DNA from: Mobula hypostoma
Lineage: Eukaryota
DNA length: 64,000 bases
Assembly: GCF_963921235.1 (NCBI RefSeq)
Contig: NC_086097.1
Span: 221,404,001 to 221,468,000, forward strand
Reading direction: 5' to 3'
The notes under the pieces are model-generated. The model had not been told where the DNA came from. It ran no database searches and was given only the letters and a program-made list of their open reading frames with translations. A program made the translations under genes and the position numbers. How positions within the stretch are numbered: position 1 is the stretch's first letter; every line of letters starts with the position of its first letter. Of this stretch, positions 13,762 to 29,168 are shown piece after piece.

Positions 13762-13880
13762 AAACACAAGAGATTCTGCAGATGCTGGAAATCAACAGCA
13801 ACACACACAAAATTCTGGAGGAACTCAGCAGCTTAGACAAAACTTATGGAGCAGTCGAGACTTTGGGCTGAGTCATTCCA
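13762..13880 (-). mobile_element. Penelope-like terminal repeat fragment (decayed)
   Basis: aacacaagagattctgcagatgctggaaatc..acacacacaaaattctggaggaactcagca. Confidence 0.7.
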
Positions 13881-15161
13881 GTTTCATGGACGTTGCCTGG
13901 TATGTGCTGGTTTACAGATTGTGCTCCAATCATCCTCAACTCATCCACTAATCATGCACCACAGGTTCTCCGCCAACCAGACCCGACTGCGCAACACGTT
14001 CTTCTGAACATGAAGAGTCATGAGAAAATCTTTGGAAAACGTGAATCTTTTTCCATGTACTGGGAGCCATTTCTCAGCAAGCCAAACATCAGAGTTGAAA
14101 TCCACGTCCCTCCTCTAGTGTGTCAACAAGAGTCTTTTAGGAAGAGAGTGCTTGAAGATCAAGACTTCAAATCGAGCAGAAAGATTGTGGTCACCTAGCC
14201 AGCAGTGATCTGTGCCCTCTTGTATGCTGCACAGACTCGAATGACTCACAGCAAAGCATGTCAAAGCATTGGGGATGCATCACCAGAGCTGCCTTTGCAA
14301 ACGCCATATCCGTTGGCTGCATAAGCAAGCCGACATCAGCGTCCTCTCTCAGGCCAACAGCCCGGGCTCTGAGATGTTAATTACTTCCAACCAGCTGCAA
14401 TGGGCATGTTGTGTGATTCACATATCACATAGTTCATCCCCAAACAGGCACTCTGCTTGGAGTTGCATTCTGGGAACTGCTTAGTTGGAAGACAAAGGAA
14501 TGTTTTAACATTGTTCTCAAAACACTCATGCACTGAGAGGTTGAAGTCTCTTGCATGGAAACACATAGAAGCCCAAGTTTCAAACTGTCCCCCACCTGCC
14601 TTGCAAAGTACCTCCTGTCCCACCCGTGGCAAAGTCTGCAACCCCCCATATGGCTTAATCAGCTACGTCTAAACCCACAGAGGTAGGTGGGAACAGGTCA
14701 TCTTTGATGCAACTGTATAAGATAAACAAAATGAGAGAGTTTATACTTTCTTTTTCTTACAGAAAATAAGTTGTGAAAACTTTCTTCTGTGCCAGTGAGA
14801 GATTTTCTTTCTCCTATACAGATATTATTATTACAGGCTTTCAAAGTCAACTTCTATTAAATAGATACAATTCTGCTTCACACTGCTTCATGTATCAGAA
14901 TATAATTAGCAAATTACAATGCATTTCACTGATGATACTTGCAAGCAACAGAAACGGGAGAGCTCCACCGTATCAATGTACTTAACCTGACTTCCATCAC
15001 TGAAAGATAAAATTCCACAAACGTATAAGTTAAATCCAATGCACAGCGTTTGATCACATCCATTCCATAAATGTTTTGATTTTCAAATGAATTTATTGTT
15101 TTAAGCTCTTTCATAAGTTTGGTAAGTTGGAAAGTTGGTGCATATTAGTAATATAGTGACG

Positions 15162-15470
15162 AGAATCAGATTTATTGTCACTGACATAAGTCATGAAGTT
15201 TGTGGCAGCAGTAGAGTGAAGTCATAACAAATTACTATAAATTATAATAAAAATAAATAATCAGTGTAAACGAGGAATAACAAGGTAATGCTGATGATTT
15301 CGTGAGCCATTTAGAAACGCAATGGCAGAGGGGAAGAAACTGTTTATAAAACGTATAGTGTGGGTCTTTAGACTCCTGTACCTCCTCAGTAATGGTAGTA
15401 ATGTGAAGAGAGTATATTCCGGATGGCGAGGTTCCTTTGGAATGCATGCCACCTTTTTGGGACACCAGTA
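15162..15470 (-). mobile_element. Rex1/Babar LINE 3' end
   Basis: ORF 15261-15452 (HP.YTLFTLLP..RRYRSLKTHTIRFINSFFPSAIAFLN). Confidence 0.8.
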
Positions 15471-17299
15471 TGATGTTTATCAGGAGGCAGTCCTAATAAA
15501 AGTATTCCTAGTTAACAATTATTTCACGAATATTGTTTCAATGAAACTTTACTAATCATTTCCACCTTGATCAAATTGGTCAGCAGTTTGCCGTTTAAGA
15601 CTGTGCACCTTCAGAACATCTTTGGTTGAATAGAAAAAAATCCTTTCCACTCAGATTTGGGTTTAAAGGTTAACTGTGTTGAATTGGCCTATAGAGTTTC
15701 AGTTTACATAAATTCTCGAGATTCATGACTACTCACATTCACCTGTAAAACCTAACAGATTAAAATCAGGAATAACAGAACGAGTGTGCTACAAGGAGAA
15801 GAGTTAATATTGACCCAGAAAAATTCCTTCTATATCCCCAATGTTATAAACTGGAGGGGTATAACATATAAAGGTACTATTCAGAGTTGAAAATTGGCAG
15901 GAAACATGATTATAAACTTACAATGTAAACTATTAAAAAATAAATTTATGAATTAAGATGGTAAATGACAATTTTAGGATAATTTAGCATAGAGCACAGT
16001 AACTACATCAAAGTGCAGTTTGAATGTTTTCATGAGTTTTTCTGTTTTGGTATTTAAAAATTTTTTTTCATATTTATGACTTGCTTTAATTTCAAAGGGT
16101 GAAGCTTATGACCTATCTAAGTGCAGAAGACAGATTAGCAAATTCTGACCACTGTGTCTCATTAAGATATTGCTTGATCATTTCCTGATTCAAACAAGCA
16201 AAGACCTACAGGAATGGTTCCTCGCAAGTGCTCCAATTGTTTGGATGATAGGGAATAGAGGAAAGGGGAGGCTATAGGTTTCCTCATAGGAATTGGAAAA
16301 CAGCCCTACTCATGCTGGATCACAAGGAAACAATTTTCTAAAACAACAGAGCTTCTGGCCCTGTCTTCAGTTCCCGGAAGGTTTGGCCTTTGTTGAGGAA
16401 GCCAGTGTTAAAATAGCAGATTGAATCCAAAGTCCTTGCTGGACGCAATTTACAATTATAATTAGTTGGATATGAGGGACAGCAAGGAAGTGATTCACTT
16501 GCTCCCTTTTAAATGTGATAAGGTGGGCAGAAAGAAAAATCAACTCCAGATTCACATTATGCTGGATCTGGGGTTTATATTCTTAGATAATTCATAATCT
16601 GGCAGCAAATCTTGGAATGGATTTCAATCAGAATGTTCTGCTTACCTAATGAGCTATTTCAATCCTTGGGCCTTTATGAGACACAAGCTACATTAAATGC
16701 GTCTAAGAATTTGCACTCTTCAGTAAAATATTCACAGTCAAGACCCCCAGTTAGCTGCTGAAGACCATCAATGCAGTTGGGTTCTTTGATAGTGAGTGTG
16801 CTTCACTAGAACATTATCAAACTAGTGTCCTGAAAGATGTACTGTGGCAGTAAAGCTCCTTTTGCATCTGATTATCATTAAAGCAAAATATAACTAAAAT
16901 CATGTACACATTAAAATTACTCAATTAAAATTTCTCAGTACTAAAAAATTATTGTGGTGAAAAGACAAGGAAATTCTGTTTTATCTCCACTCTAAGAGAT
17001 CCAAAGTCTATGAATTGAGTGGAAGTTATGTTTCCCAAGGCAGAAAATGTCCAGCCTGTGTATAACTTTGCTAGTCTTCCGATTTCCTAATAGTTCAGTC
17101 CACTTTAAATCTATTTGTTGCTTGTAATGCTCCACTCCAAGTGGTCTTTTAAGAAGTCCTACACTCTCTCATTATAAAGTTTGAGTGGGTGACTAGGAGG
17201 CAATAGTGTAGATGGTGTTGGGCACTATGAGGACCAAAAATACTGTAAGTTTTGATGTACGTGTGACATATAAAAGCTAATTTTTAATCTTTGACATAC

Positions 17300-18990
17300 T
17301 GGTCCTGAACTCCCTCATTATAGAAAACATCCTCTCCACATTGACTCTGTCTGGGCCTTTTTATATTCAATAGGTTTCAATGGGATTCCCCCCTCATTCT
17401 TCTAAACTCCAGTGACTGCAGGCCCAAAGCCACCAAACGCTCATCATATGTTATCCCTTTCATTCCTAGGATCATTCTTGTGAACCTCCTCTGGACCCTC
17501 TCCAATACCAACACATCCTTATTTAGATCAGGATCCCAAAACTGCTCGCAATCTTACAAATGTGGTTTGACCAATGCCTTATAAAGCCTCGGCAATACAT
17601 CCTTGCTTTTATATTCTTAGTCCTCTTGAAATGAATGTTAGCATTTCATTTGCCTTCCTTACCACGGACTCAGCCTGCATTGTTAGCCTTTAGGGAATCC
17701 TGCAGAAGGTCTCTCAAGACACTTTGAACCACTGATATTTGAATTTTCTCCCCATTTAGAAAATAGTCTACACCTTTATTCCTTCTGCCAAAGTGCATGA
17801 GTTTGCAGTTCCCTACACTATATTCCATCTGCCACTTCTTTGCCCATTCTTCCAATCTGCCTAAGTCCTTATGCAGGCTCCAAGCTTCCTCAACACTACA
17901 TGTCCCTCCATCTATCTTCAGATCTTCTGCAAAATTGACCACAAAGACAACAATTCCGTCATCCAAATCATTGACATATAATGTGAAAAAGTGGTCTGAA
18001 CACCGACCCCTGCAGTGCAGTCACCTGTAGCCAACCAGAAAAGGCCCCTCTTATTCCCGATGCTAGTACTTTTGCTATAACACCATGGGTTCTTATCTTG
18101 TTAAGCAGCTTCATGCGTGGCACCTTGTCAAAGGGATTCTAAAAATCCAAATAAACAACATCCATTGATTCTCCTTTGTCTATTCTGCCTATTATTTCCT
18201 CAAAGAATTCTAACAGATTTGCCAGACAAGATATTCCCTTGCTGACTTAGGCTTATTTTATCACGTGCCTCCAAGTACCCCAAAACCTCATCCTTAATAA
18301 TAGACTCCATTATCTTTCCAACCACTGAAGACAGGCTACTTGGCTTAAAATTTCCCTTCCTCTGCCTCTCTCCCTTCTTAAAGAGTGGAGTGACACTTGC
18401 AATTTTCCAGTGCTCTTGGAACCATTCCAGAATCTAGTGATTCTTGAAAGATCAAGACCAGTACCTCCAAAATCTCTTTAGCTATCTCTTTCAGAACACT
18501 GGGGCTTAGGGTTCTAGATGACTTATCTACCTTCAGACCTTTCTGCCTCTCAAGCACCCTCTCCTTTGTCATAGCAACTACACTCACTCTGCATCCTGAC
18601 ACTCACATTTTAGCATTGTCTTCTACAGTGAAGACTGTTGCAAAATACTTACTAAGTTTGCCTGCCATTTCTTTGTCCTCCATTACTATCTCGCCAGCAT
18701 CATTTTCCAGTGCTCTGATATCCTTCTGATCTCTCTTTTATATATCAGAAATAGAACTGGCATCCTCTTTTATATTAATGGCTAGCCTTCTTTCATATTT
18801 CACTGTTTCTCTCATTATGGCTTTTTTAGTTGCCTTCTATTGGTCTTTAAAAGCTTCCCAATCCTCAAACTTCCCACTAAGTTTTGCTATATTATATACC
18901 CTCTCTTTTGCTCTTATGCTGTATTTGACTTCCCTTGTCAGCCATTGTTGCCTTATCCTCCTTTTAGAATACTTCATCTTTGGGAAGTAC
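17300..18990 (-). mobile_element. CR1 LINE ORF2 remnant
   Basis: ORFs 17670-17966 (WAKKWQMEYSVGNCKLMHFGRRN) and 18378-18602 (LKVDKS…VLKEIA.EI.EVL.LIFQESLDSG). Confidence 0.9.
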
Positions 18991-19445
18991 CTTTGGGATT
19001 TATTGGTGGATGGCAGGGGCGAACGGTTGCGGAGTTGCTTGGCCTTGTCTGTAGCAAGGATTAGGCCTCAAGCCTCGGTGTCAGCTGTTCACAGCCACTC
19101 AGGAGAGAGGCGTTGGAGTTGGTGCACTCCAAGAATATTGTGGTGTCCAAGCTGGAGTTGGTGCTGCCCCCAGTGTTTGCTCAGCAGAAGACATGCTGTA
19201 TTGTGTTCGACTGCAGACAGTTGCTACTTTCATGGACTCAGAGTCTTGGACTCTATGTATTTTTTGTGTGACTGTATTTTACTGATATCTTATATGTGCT
19301 TGCTGTCTTATACAATATGTACTACATGTGTCATGTGCCGTGTGTGACTGTTGGTTCTGTGTTTTGCACCTTGGTCCTGGAGTAACGATGCTTCGTTTGC
19401 CTGTATTCATGGGTATACATCTATGGTTGAAAGACAATTGAATAT
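18990..19445 (+). mobile_element. Unclassified non-coding interspersed repeat with LINE-like 3' tail
   Basis: Shares ttggtggatgg, tgtagc.ag.a.taggcctcaagcc, tcttggact.ta and the tail gttttgc.ccttgg..c..gag.aac…atggtt.gaa.gacaatt with 56250-56870. Confidence 0.55.
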
Positions 19446-19769
19446 GTTTTCCTGGAGTAGATGAAGAAATCAGATTGAGAATGATGACCTGGTGAAGGCT
19501 TTTGTTCCATCACGTTGGTCAAACAACACAGTGATTAAAAAGAGAGCACCATGACCTGCCTGACCTGCAGAGTTTAGACCTCTGGCAGTTCTTTGCTTTT
19601 GGTCTGTGAGTATTGGCAATAGTGGTATGATAAGATATGCACTATAGTGGGATGCAGTATGGAGATTTTGCTTATTGAAATAGTTATCTCACCAAGTAGT
19701 TTCATTCTACCCAAGTAGAAAGAGGAACCAAATGCTGCCCTTCTCCTGTATCTCATCCTCCTCTCCATT

Positions 19770-20260
19770 TCACTCCACAGCCTCTGAGCCTGCATGGTTC
19801 ACCACACAACCTCGGACTTTGAGACCTGCTCTGCTACATGTTGTGAGCAATTCTGAAGGTGGAAGCATTGCTTGAGCATTCTAATGGTCTATGTGAGGTT
19901 ACTGCATTTGACACTTTGGCTCTCATGATCTCCTCTTGAATCTGGGATTCAGACTGACGTCAAGATCTAGGTGGTGATTGGATATACTTTGTCTCAGTTG
20001 TTTTGGTTTGATGTTATGTTACAGAGATTGAAGGCACTCCATATTGTTGCAGTATTAAATAGAGTTACTGTTATGTGGGTCTCCAGGAGTGGCAATTGTA
20101 ATCTTCCAGGCATAGTTGCTGGCATACTGTGCATTTCAGAAGTAAAACTTCTTAGAATACTTTAGAATTCTAATATGCTGCTAACAAGATGATGTACGGG
20201 AGTCAATCACACCACTGGAAATCCCTCAGTCTTTGCAAACCTATAAACTCTTGTTGCCTG
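19770..20260 (-). mobile_element. PIF/Harbinger transposase fossil
   Basis: Manual minus-strand translation gives FAKTEGFPVV..ID, ATPGDPHNS, LILQQYGVPSI, DKVYPITT*ILTSV and TIRMLKQCFHL, collinear with Harbinger motifs GFP.V.G.IDCTH / PGS.HD / GD.GYPL..W..TP / IG.LK.RF. Confidence 0.6.
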
Positions 20261-21098
20261 CCACTCTGTGTCAAGGGAGATGGATATATGATCCACTTGC
20301 TTGTGCTGGAGTATGCCCATAACCTTGTAGTGTGGAGGGCTGGCAACTCAGAAGACTACTTGTCTTTCCTGCACAGTCAAAAAAGATCCAGAGGCACAGA
20401 CTTTTAATACCACTAGTTATGTTTCATTTGATTACTTACATTACTCATGATAAACATGTCATTCATGTCACATATCCCCTCAATAATATCACCAGTTTTG
20501 TTTTCTGAAATGGTCCCTCATTCGTTACACAGGTTGACCTCCGATTTTTCCGGAAAATGTTGGTTCGGCAACTCTTTTAATTCAGATGAAATTACGAGAC
20601 GTAGTTTACTGGGTCGCCACCAGATGGCACTATGTGTAGCGCACTCAGCGCTATTTGTGGTGAGACTCATCTTGGCAAAAGCATGCTATTTTTATTATTT
20701 ACATTGCACTTGTTGGTGGTAGTCCCAATATTTTGAGCTTATTTTTGCTTATTTTATGTAAATTTAACCCTAGCTATGGCTTCTAAGATAAATGTAAGTA
20801 CCAGTGGTGGTGTCAAACGTAAACATCAGTCCTATCGATCCAAGAGAAGGTTGAAATGTTGAAAAAACTGGACCATGGTATTTATGTGCATACACTGTGT
20901 GACCTATAAGACAGTCAGCTGTGTATGATAGAAAGCACCAGAGACAAAAATTTGCAATTCAATACATTGTGATTCACTGACACAAATATGCATTAGAAAA
21001 ACTATGAAAGTTGGTAAGAGCACTGAGCATGATCGAGTAAAGACTGAATGGTTTCTCCAGCATCGGAGTGGGAGTCAACTTGTCGGGCAGTATGATAA

Positions 21099-21491
21099 AC
21101 ACAAAATAATCTGCAGATGCTGGGGTCAAAGCAACACTCACAACACACTGGAGGAACTCAGCAGGTCGGGCAGCATTTGTGGAAGAGATTGGTCGACGTT
21201 TCGGGCCGGAACCCTTCATCAGGACTGTAGGGGGAAGGGGCAGAGGCCCTATAAAGAAGGTGGGGGGAGTGTGGGAAGGAGAAGGCTGGTAGGTTCCAGG
21301 TGAAAAACTAGTAAGGGGAAAGATAAAGGGGTGGGGGAAGGGAGGCAGGGAGGTGATAGGCAGGAAAGGTGAAGAAAGAATAGGGGAAAACAGAATGGGT
21401 AGTAGAAGGAGGCGGAACCAAGAAGGAGGTGGTAGGCAGCTGGGGGAGGGGGCTGAGTGACATAGGGATAGGGAGGGAATTACCGGAAGTT
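21099..21491 (-). mobile_element. 5'-truncated Penelope-like element (3' UTR and terminal repeat) with 14-bp TSD
   Basis: TSD gggcagtatgataa at 21085-21098 and 21492-21505. Begins with the codons NFR*, which also end the GIY-YIG ORF at 48141. Confidence 0.85.
21191..21227 (-). ncRNA. Minimal type I hammerhead ribozyme motif (intact core)
   Basis: Minus: cagtc-CTGATGA-a-GGG-ttccgg-CCC-GAAAC-GTC-gacc. Stem I gtc/gac, stem II GGG/CCC, palindromic ACGT in place of stem III. Confidence 0.75.
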
Positions 21492-21848
21492 GGGCAGTAT
21501 GATAATCAACCAAGCTAAGTTGTTCCATAAAGAACAAGTTGTGCCAGAAGCCACAGCACATTTCACATCTGTAGGGCTAGCCGAAGATTGCAAAATTCTT
21601 CTTATTTAGAATAATTGCTCAGCTCACCCCAAAACAGAACTCCTGTGTAAGAATAATGTTTTTAGAGTGTATTTCCCACAAAACCGTACATCGCTTATCC
21701 CACCCCAAGACCAGGGAATACTGCACTCTCTAAAGGCCAAGTATCGCTCACTTTTCGTGAATCGTCTGTTAGATGAGGTGAATGCTGGCAATTCTGTACA
21801 GACATTCATTAAAGAATTTAACATGAAGGACGTTCTTTGGTTCATTGA

Positions 21849-22785
21849 ATACTTTATACTTTATTGTCGCTGAACAATTGGTACTAGAACGTACAATCAT
21901 CACAGCGATATGTGATTCTGCGCTTCACACTCACTGGATTACAAATATTAAATATTAAAGATATTAAAAATAGTTAAAATTAGTAAATATTAAAAATTTA
22001 AATTATAAATCATAAATAGAAAATAGAAAAATGGGAAGTAAGTTACTGCAAAAAAACCGAGAGGCAGGTCCGGATATCTGGAGGGCACGGCCCAGATCTG
22101 GGTCAGGATCCGTTCAGCAGGATCAGTTGGAAAGAAGCTGTTCCCAAATCTGGCCGTACAAGTCTTCAAGCTCCTGAACCTTCTCCCGGAGGGAAGAGGA
22201 ACGAAAAGTCTGTTGGCTGGGTGGGTCATATCCTTGATTATCCTGACAGCACTGCTCCGACAGCCTGCGGTGTAAAGTAAGTCCACGGACGGAAGATTGG
22301 TTTGTATGATGTGCTGCGCCATGTTCACGATCTTCTGCAGCTTCTTCCAGTCTTGGACAGGACAACTTCTATACCAGGTTGTGATGCACCTTAGAAGAAT
22401 GCATTCTACAGTGCAACTATAAAAATTAGTGAGGGTTTTAGGGGACAGGCCAAATTTCTTTAGTTTTCTCAGGAAGTAAAGGCACTGGTGGGCCTTCTTG
22501 GCAGTGGACTCTGCTTGGTTGGACCAAGTCAGGTCATTTGTGATATTGACCCTGAGGAACTTAAGCTTTTTACGTGTTCCACTTGCACACCACCGATGTA
22601 AATTGGGTCGTGCGGTCCGCTACTCCTTCTGAAGTCAACAACCAATTCCTTCGTCTTGCTGATGTTGAGGGATAGGTTATTGTCTTCGCACCATGCCACC
22701 GGGTTCTTAATTTCCTCTTTGTACTCAAACTCATCATTACCCAAGATACGGCCTACAATTGTTGTGTACAATTGTTCTACCTTCC
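21849..22785 (-). mobile_element. Rex1/Babar LINE 3' part inserted in the Tigger transposase
   Basis: ORFs 22529-22771 (WCEDNNLSLNISKTKELVVDFRR) and 21990-22328 (HPANRLFVPLPSGRRFRSLK..TARFGNSFFP), with an (aaagtat)n tail. Confidence 0.88.
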
Positions 22786-25107
22786 CCTACAATTGCTCGA
22801 GGAGAAGGTAGAACCTTCAACGCTAAAGAATGGCTGGCGTAAGTTGTGGCCTGCCTTGATGTCTGATAAAGTGCCTGAAGAAAAGCTTGACAATGATTTT
22901 ACAGGATTTTGTGTACCAAAGGAGAAAGCAGTTGTTCATGATTTGCTTGGGTATGCAAAAAATGTTACAGGACCTACTTTCAACGATATAGCAAGTAGTC
23001 TTAATGAAGAAAATCTACATGAGTGGATGATTGTCAACAATGAAACACCCGTTATGCACCACCTTACGGACTCAGGAATTATAGACAGTGTTGAGAATGC
23101 TGTTAAAAAAACCGCAGCTGATGAAAATGGCAGCAATGATGATGATGAAACTGAAATATTTACCACTGACAAGTTAATTGAGTTGCTGGGTCACTTAATC
23201 AAAGGGTTAGAGAAACGTACCTTCATGATGGAACAAGAGCTAATGAACTTTTATTTGATGCAAGGAAAATTACACAGGGAGAGATCAATACACACGAATC
23301 CACCTCACCTGGATGAAATGTTTAAAAAAAATGACCGAGAAGCAACATTCTTTATAAGCACAGTAATTAATAAATTTACATTTAATTTTTGTTTGGTTAA
23401 CAATCCTGTTTAAGCTTTGCCATTATGACCTATTTTAATCCGGCAAAAACGTTAATCTGGTAAGGCTCAGGAACGAGGGTGCTGGAAAATTGCTGCTCAA
23501 ACTGATATTGCTTTTCTTTTACTGTATTCATTTCTTACAGTTTAAAATAAACCTGCAATGTTCATTCCCAACAATATTACCATCATTATAAAGCCAAAGC
23601 AACAACTGAAACATCTGTATATAACAAGCAGCAGGATTCTGTCACTCCACACTATTAAACTGAAGCCTGACCATCACTCATCACTCAAGAATTAAGGTTA
23701 CTTTGAACTAGGAACAAATGATCTGAAATAAAGCTATATATTATCATATTTGAATTTACCATTTCCTGTTATTCCAGACATCAATGTAAAATATGAGGTC
23801 TGCTTTACATTGTGTATTTTCTGGTTCTGACATATAGAACTGATCCCATGACATACTTTTAAAATTTTAAAACAAAATAGAAGCTTTAGGAAATATGAAA
23901 GTTGAATAATTCACAGTAGATTTTTGTTAGGATACAGTCAGGCACTCTGTTGCGATAAAGGTTTGGTAATACTAGATAAAGCAAATTTTTAAAATATGCA
24001 TTTCTGTATTAATCGACACATCCGAGAAACATTATTTAGTTTGATGCTCTATATTTTAGAATAACATGAGGGTGGTGCATTTGGAGAATCTGTCCAAATC
24101 TATATTTTCCTTAGTAATATATTTTATATTTCTTCATTGGTTAGAAATAGAAAATACAAATAATGCAAACAAGTTGCACTGAGATTTGCTCGGAAAACAT
24201 CAGAACATTGCAAGTGTATTGCCCATGACATAACATTTATTAAATTCATTAATTTTAATATGCTTAGCTACAGGAGTTGACCCTTAATGAAACTGAGCAA
24301 CAAAATACGGAACAGAAATGCATTAAGTATGTCCCACGGTTAAAACATGGGTTCCCTTTAAACATAAGACATGCAGAATATCTCATTTCTACTACAGTAA
24401 TAGATGAAATTGAAAAAGTCCAACAAAAACCTTCCTGGTTTGCCTGACACAATAAAACTCAAAATGCTGTGCTTACACATCAGACCAGGAAAAGAAGTTT
24501 TATTAAATAAATCTAAAAATATTTGTTTCACCACTACGTTACAAATTAACTGGGGTGGGGGAGAGCAACAGATAATATTTTTCACATTTATGCAGAAAAT
24601 TAATAGTATTTCTTTGACTTCAGGAAGCTTAATATGTCTGGTTAAATCATGATTGTCACTGTGGTGACATTTGAAACATCAAAGTACAACAACAAATTTC
24701 AGATTCTCCCTCAACCATTCTTTTGCGTCGGGCTATGAGTGAAACTATAATGTGATGGAAATATTTTTTTTGGAGATGGAGTTGGAGGTGGAAGAGCATT
24801 TCAAATTGCCAGCATTAGTTCATGAGTAGATGGGTGATGTGACTTGCTGCATATCTCAAAGGCTCCAGGGCAACAGAGGATGCATCACTGGGAAAGTGTA
24901 CTGAACTTATTTGGTTGTCTAGCAGGGTTGCTGTTGTTTGAGTGATGAGTGTTACATATTGCTGCTGAATCTCAAAGGAAAGAAACCAGCAAATGATCCA
25001 GCCCATTAACTCGGAGAGAAGCAAAGTGATTAGGTTCAGCAGCTCCCTGCTTTATGCAAGATCAATACTTTTATACACTCTTACTTTATCTTACCCTTCC
25101 TTGTCTA

Positions 25108-27202
<2,095 letters not shown>

Positions 27203-27214
27203 TATCTCTTACTT

Positions 27215-28025
27215 ACACAACCCTTATCACCACCAGGTTTGCTAGACATGTCAGGGAAAGCTTAAACTGAGTTGGCAGGGGAATGGGAACTGGAGTGACA
27301 GGGCTGAGGATGGGGCAGTTCATGTGTGTAGTGAGACTGTGACGAAGGACAGGGAGATGACAGGGCAAAATTGCAGTCGGTGGAATGTAACATAGGGACA
27401 AAATCGAAAAGGGTGATGAATGCAGGACTGAAGGTGGTATTTATAATTTAATGCACGCAAAATAAGAGATAAGGTCGATAATCTTGTAGTGCAGCTAGAT
27501 TGGCAGGTATGACGTTGTTGGCATCACTAAAATGTGGCAGAAAGAAGACCGTAGTTGGGAGCTTAACATTCAAGGATATACCGTGTCTCAAATGGACGGG
27601 CAAATATGTAGAGGGGGATAGTGTGGCTCCGTTGGTAAAAAGTGAAATCAAATCCTAAGAAAGAGGTGATGTAGGATTAAAAGATATAGAATCCTTGTGG
27701 GTAGAGTTACAAAATTGCAAGGGTAATAAAGACCCTTAAAGGTGTCATATAAGACCTCCGAAGAGCAGCCAGGATGTGGGATATAAATTTCAATTGAAAA
27801 TAGAAAAGGCATGTAATAAAGGCAATGTTACAATAGTCATGGGGTATTTCTATATTCAGTTAGATTGGGAAAATCAGGCTGGTGGTGACAAGGGTTGGAA
27901 CTTGTAGAGGGAATAAGGAAGGGAATTTGTAGAATGCCTACAAGAAGGCTTTTTAGAGCAGCTTGTGGTTGATCCCACCAGGAAAAAGACAATTCTGGAA
28001 TGGATGTTGTGTAATATAACCAGAT
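27215..28025 (+). mobile_element. CR1 LINE endonuclease-region remnant
   Basis: Frameshifted LKV….NAR.IRDKVD.LV.QL…YDVVGIT..W, ESLWVEL.NCKG.KT, EFVECLQEGFLEQLVV.PTR. Confidence 0.8.
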
Positions 28026-28029
28026 GGAG

Positions 28030-28990
28030 ATGCAACTTGTCGGAACACTCTTAATGGTTCTCCATTAAAATACATTTAAGAAATGGGGATTTGCTTGACT
28101 CAATCTTCTTAAGAAGTTGAGGCACTGAGGTGATATTAAGGGATCAGGTGAGGTAATCTGTGATGTGAACTCACAGGAATTTTGTGCACTTAACTCTATC
28201 CACGGAGGAGCCATGTATTCACAGCGGAGGAGGTCTGTCTGCATCTTCCTGAAGTCCACAATTATTTTCTTTGTCTTCTCCATGTTCAGGCTGAGGTTGT
28301 TCCTCTCATACCAATCCACCAGCCGCTCCACTTCCTCTCTGTACTCTGTCTCATCATCGTCCTCGATAAGGCCAACCACTGTTGTGCCATCTGCAAACTT
28401 GATGACACGGTTTGAGCCTGATCCTGTGACACAGTCGTGCGTCAGCAGTGTGAACAGCAACGGACTACGCGCACAGCCTTGGGGAGTGCCAGTGCTTAAC
28501 GTAATGGGATGAGAGACATTGCTACCCTTAAGTACTGACTGTGGCCTTACTGTTAAGAAGAACAGGTATCCAATTACAGCGGGAGGTGTTGAGACCCAGT
28601 GAGGACAGATCCCCCACCAGTTTCTGGGGTAGGATGGTGTTGAATGCTGAACTGAAATTTAGAAACAGCAGTCTGGCATATGAGACCTCATTTTCCAGGT
28701 GGGACAGGACTGAGTGGAGGGCAGAGGCTATTGCATCATCAGTGGATAGATTTGAGTGATAAGGGAACTGGAAAGGATCCATTCTGGCCAGAAGAAAGAC
28801 TTTAATGTGCTGCATGACCAGCCGCTCAAAGCATTTCATAATGGTTGGTGTTAATGCCACCAGATGATAGTCATTCAGGCAGGTTCCTGTCACTTTCTTT
28901 GGCACAGGAATGATCGTTGATGCCTTGAAAACTGAGGAGACAATGGATTATTCCAGAGGGTTGTTGAAGCTATTCATCAACTCCTCTATC
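28030..28990 (-). mobile_element. Rex1/Babar LINE RT remnant
   Basis: ORFs 28528-28905 ([20 protein letters not shown]…FSSAFNTI) and 28065-28460 (LLTHDC…IKFADGTTVVGLI). Confidence 0.88.
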
Positions 28991-29168
28991 GGCTGGGCTA
29001 GAAACATAGAAAACCTATAGCACAATACAGGCCCTTTGGCCCACAATGCTCTGCTGAACATGTTTGAACATGTCATTAAAATTTAAACAAAAGCAAATGT
29101 TGCTTGATTTTAATTGATTCATTTAATATGTTACTTCCTTGTACATTTTTGACACTTTCTGTGTCCCA

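Larger units (their letters stand above)
12600..14710 (+). mobile_element. Decayed RTE LINE, interrupted by a SINE and a Penelope terminal repeat
   Basis: EYFKELLN, FHDAMQVVV..G….PISVQSGIK, FRKRVLEDQDFK, QLQWA..V, and a C-terminal CPT.GKVC…GLISY motif. Confidence 0.7.
20530..23504 (+). mobile_element. Tigger/pogo-like DNA transposon, internally deleted, with nested Penelope and Rex1 insertions
   Basis: MASK…KRKHQS.SIQEKVEMLKKLD (HTH), FPQNRTSLIPPQDQGILHSLKAKYR (DDE), STLKNGWRKLWP (22772 ORF). Degenerate TIRs caggttgacctccgatttttccgg / ctggaaaattgctgctcaaactg. Confidence 0.8.

Noticed and set aside
18778..19347. 189-aa hydrophobic ORF
   Set aside because: Antisense of CR1 fused to a non-coding repeat.
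20974..21561. 195-aa Pro/Ser/Leu-rich ORF (also 47749-48141 and 61619-62014)
   Set aside because: Chance open frames across the pyrimidine-rich Penelope 3' UTR.
22772..23413. 213-aa ORF as a domesticated TIGD/JRK-like gene
   Set aside because: It is the C-terminal piece of a Tigger transposase broken by deletions, frameshifts and two insertions.
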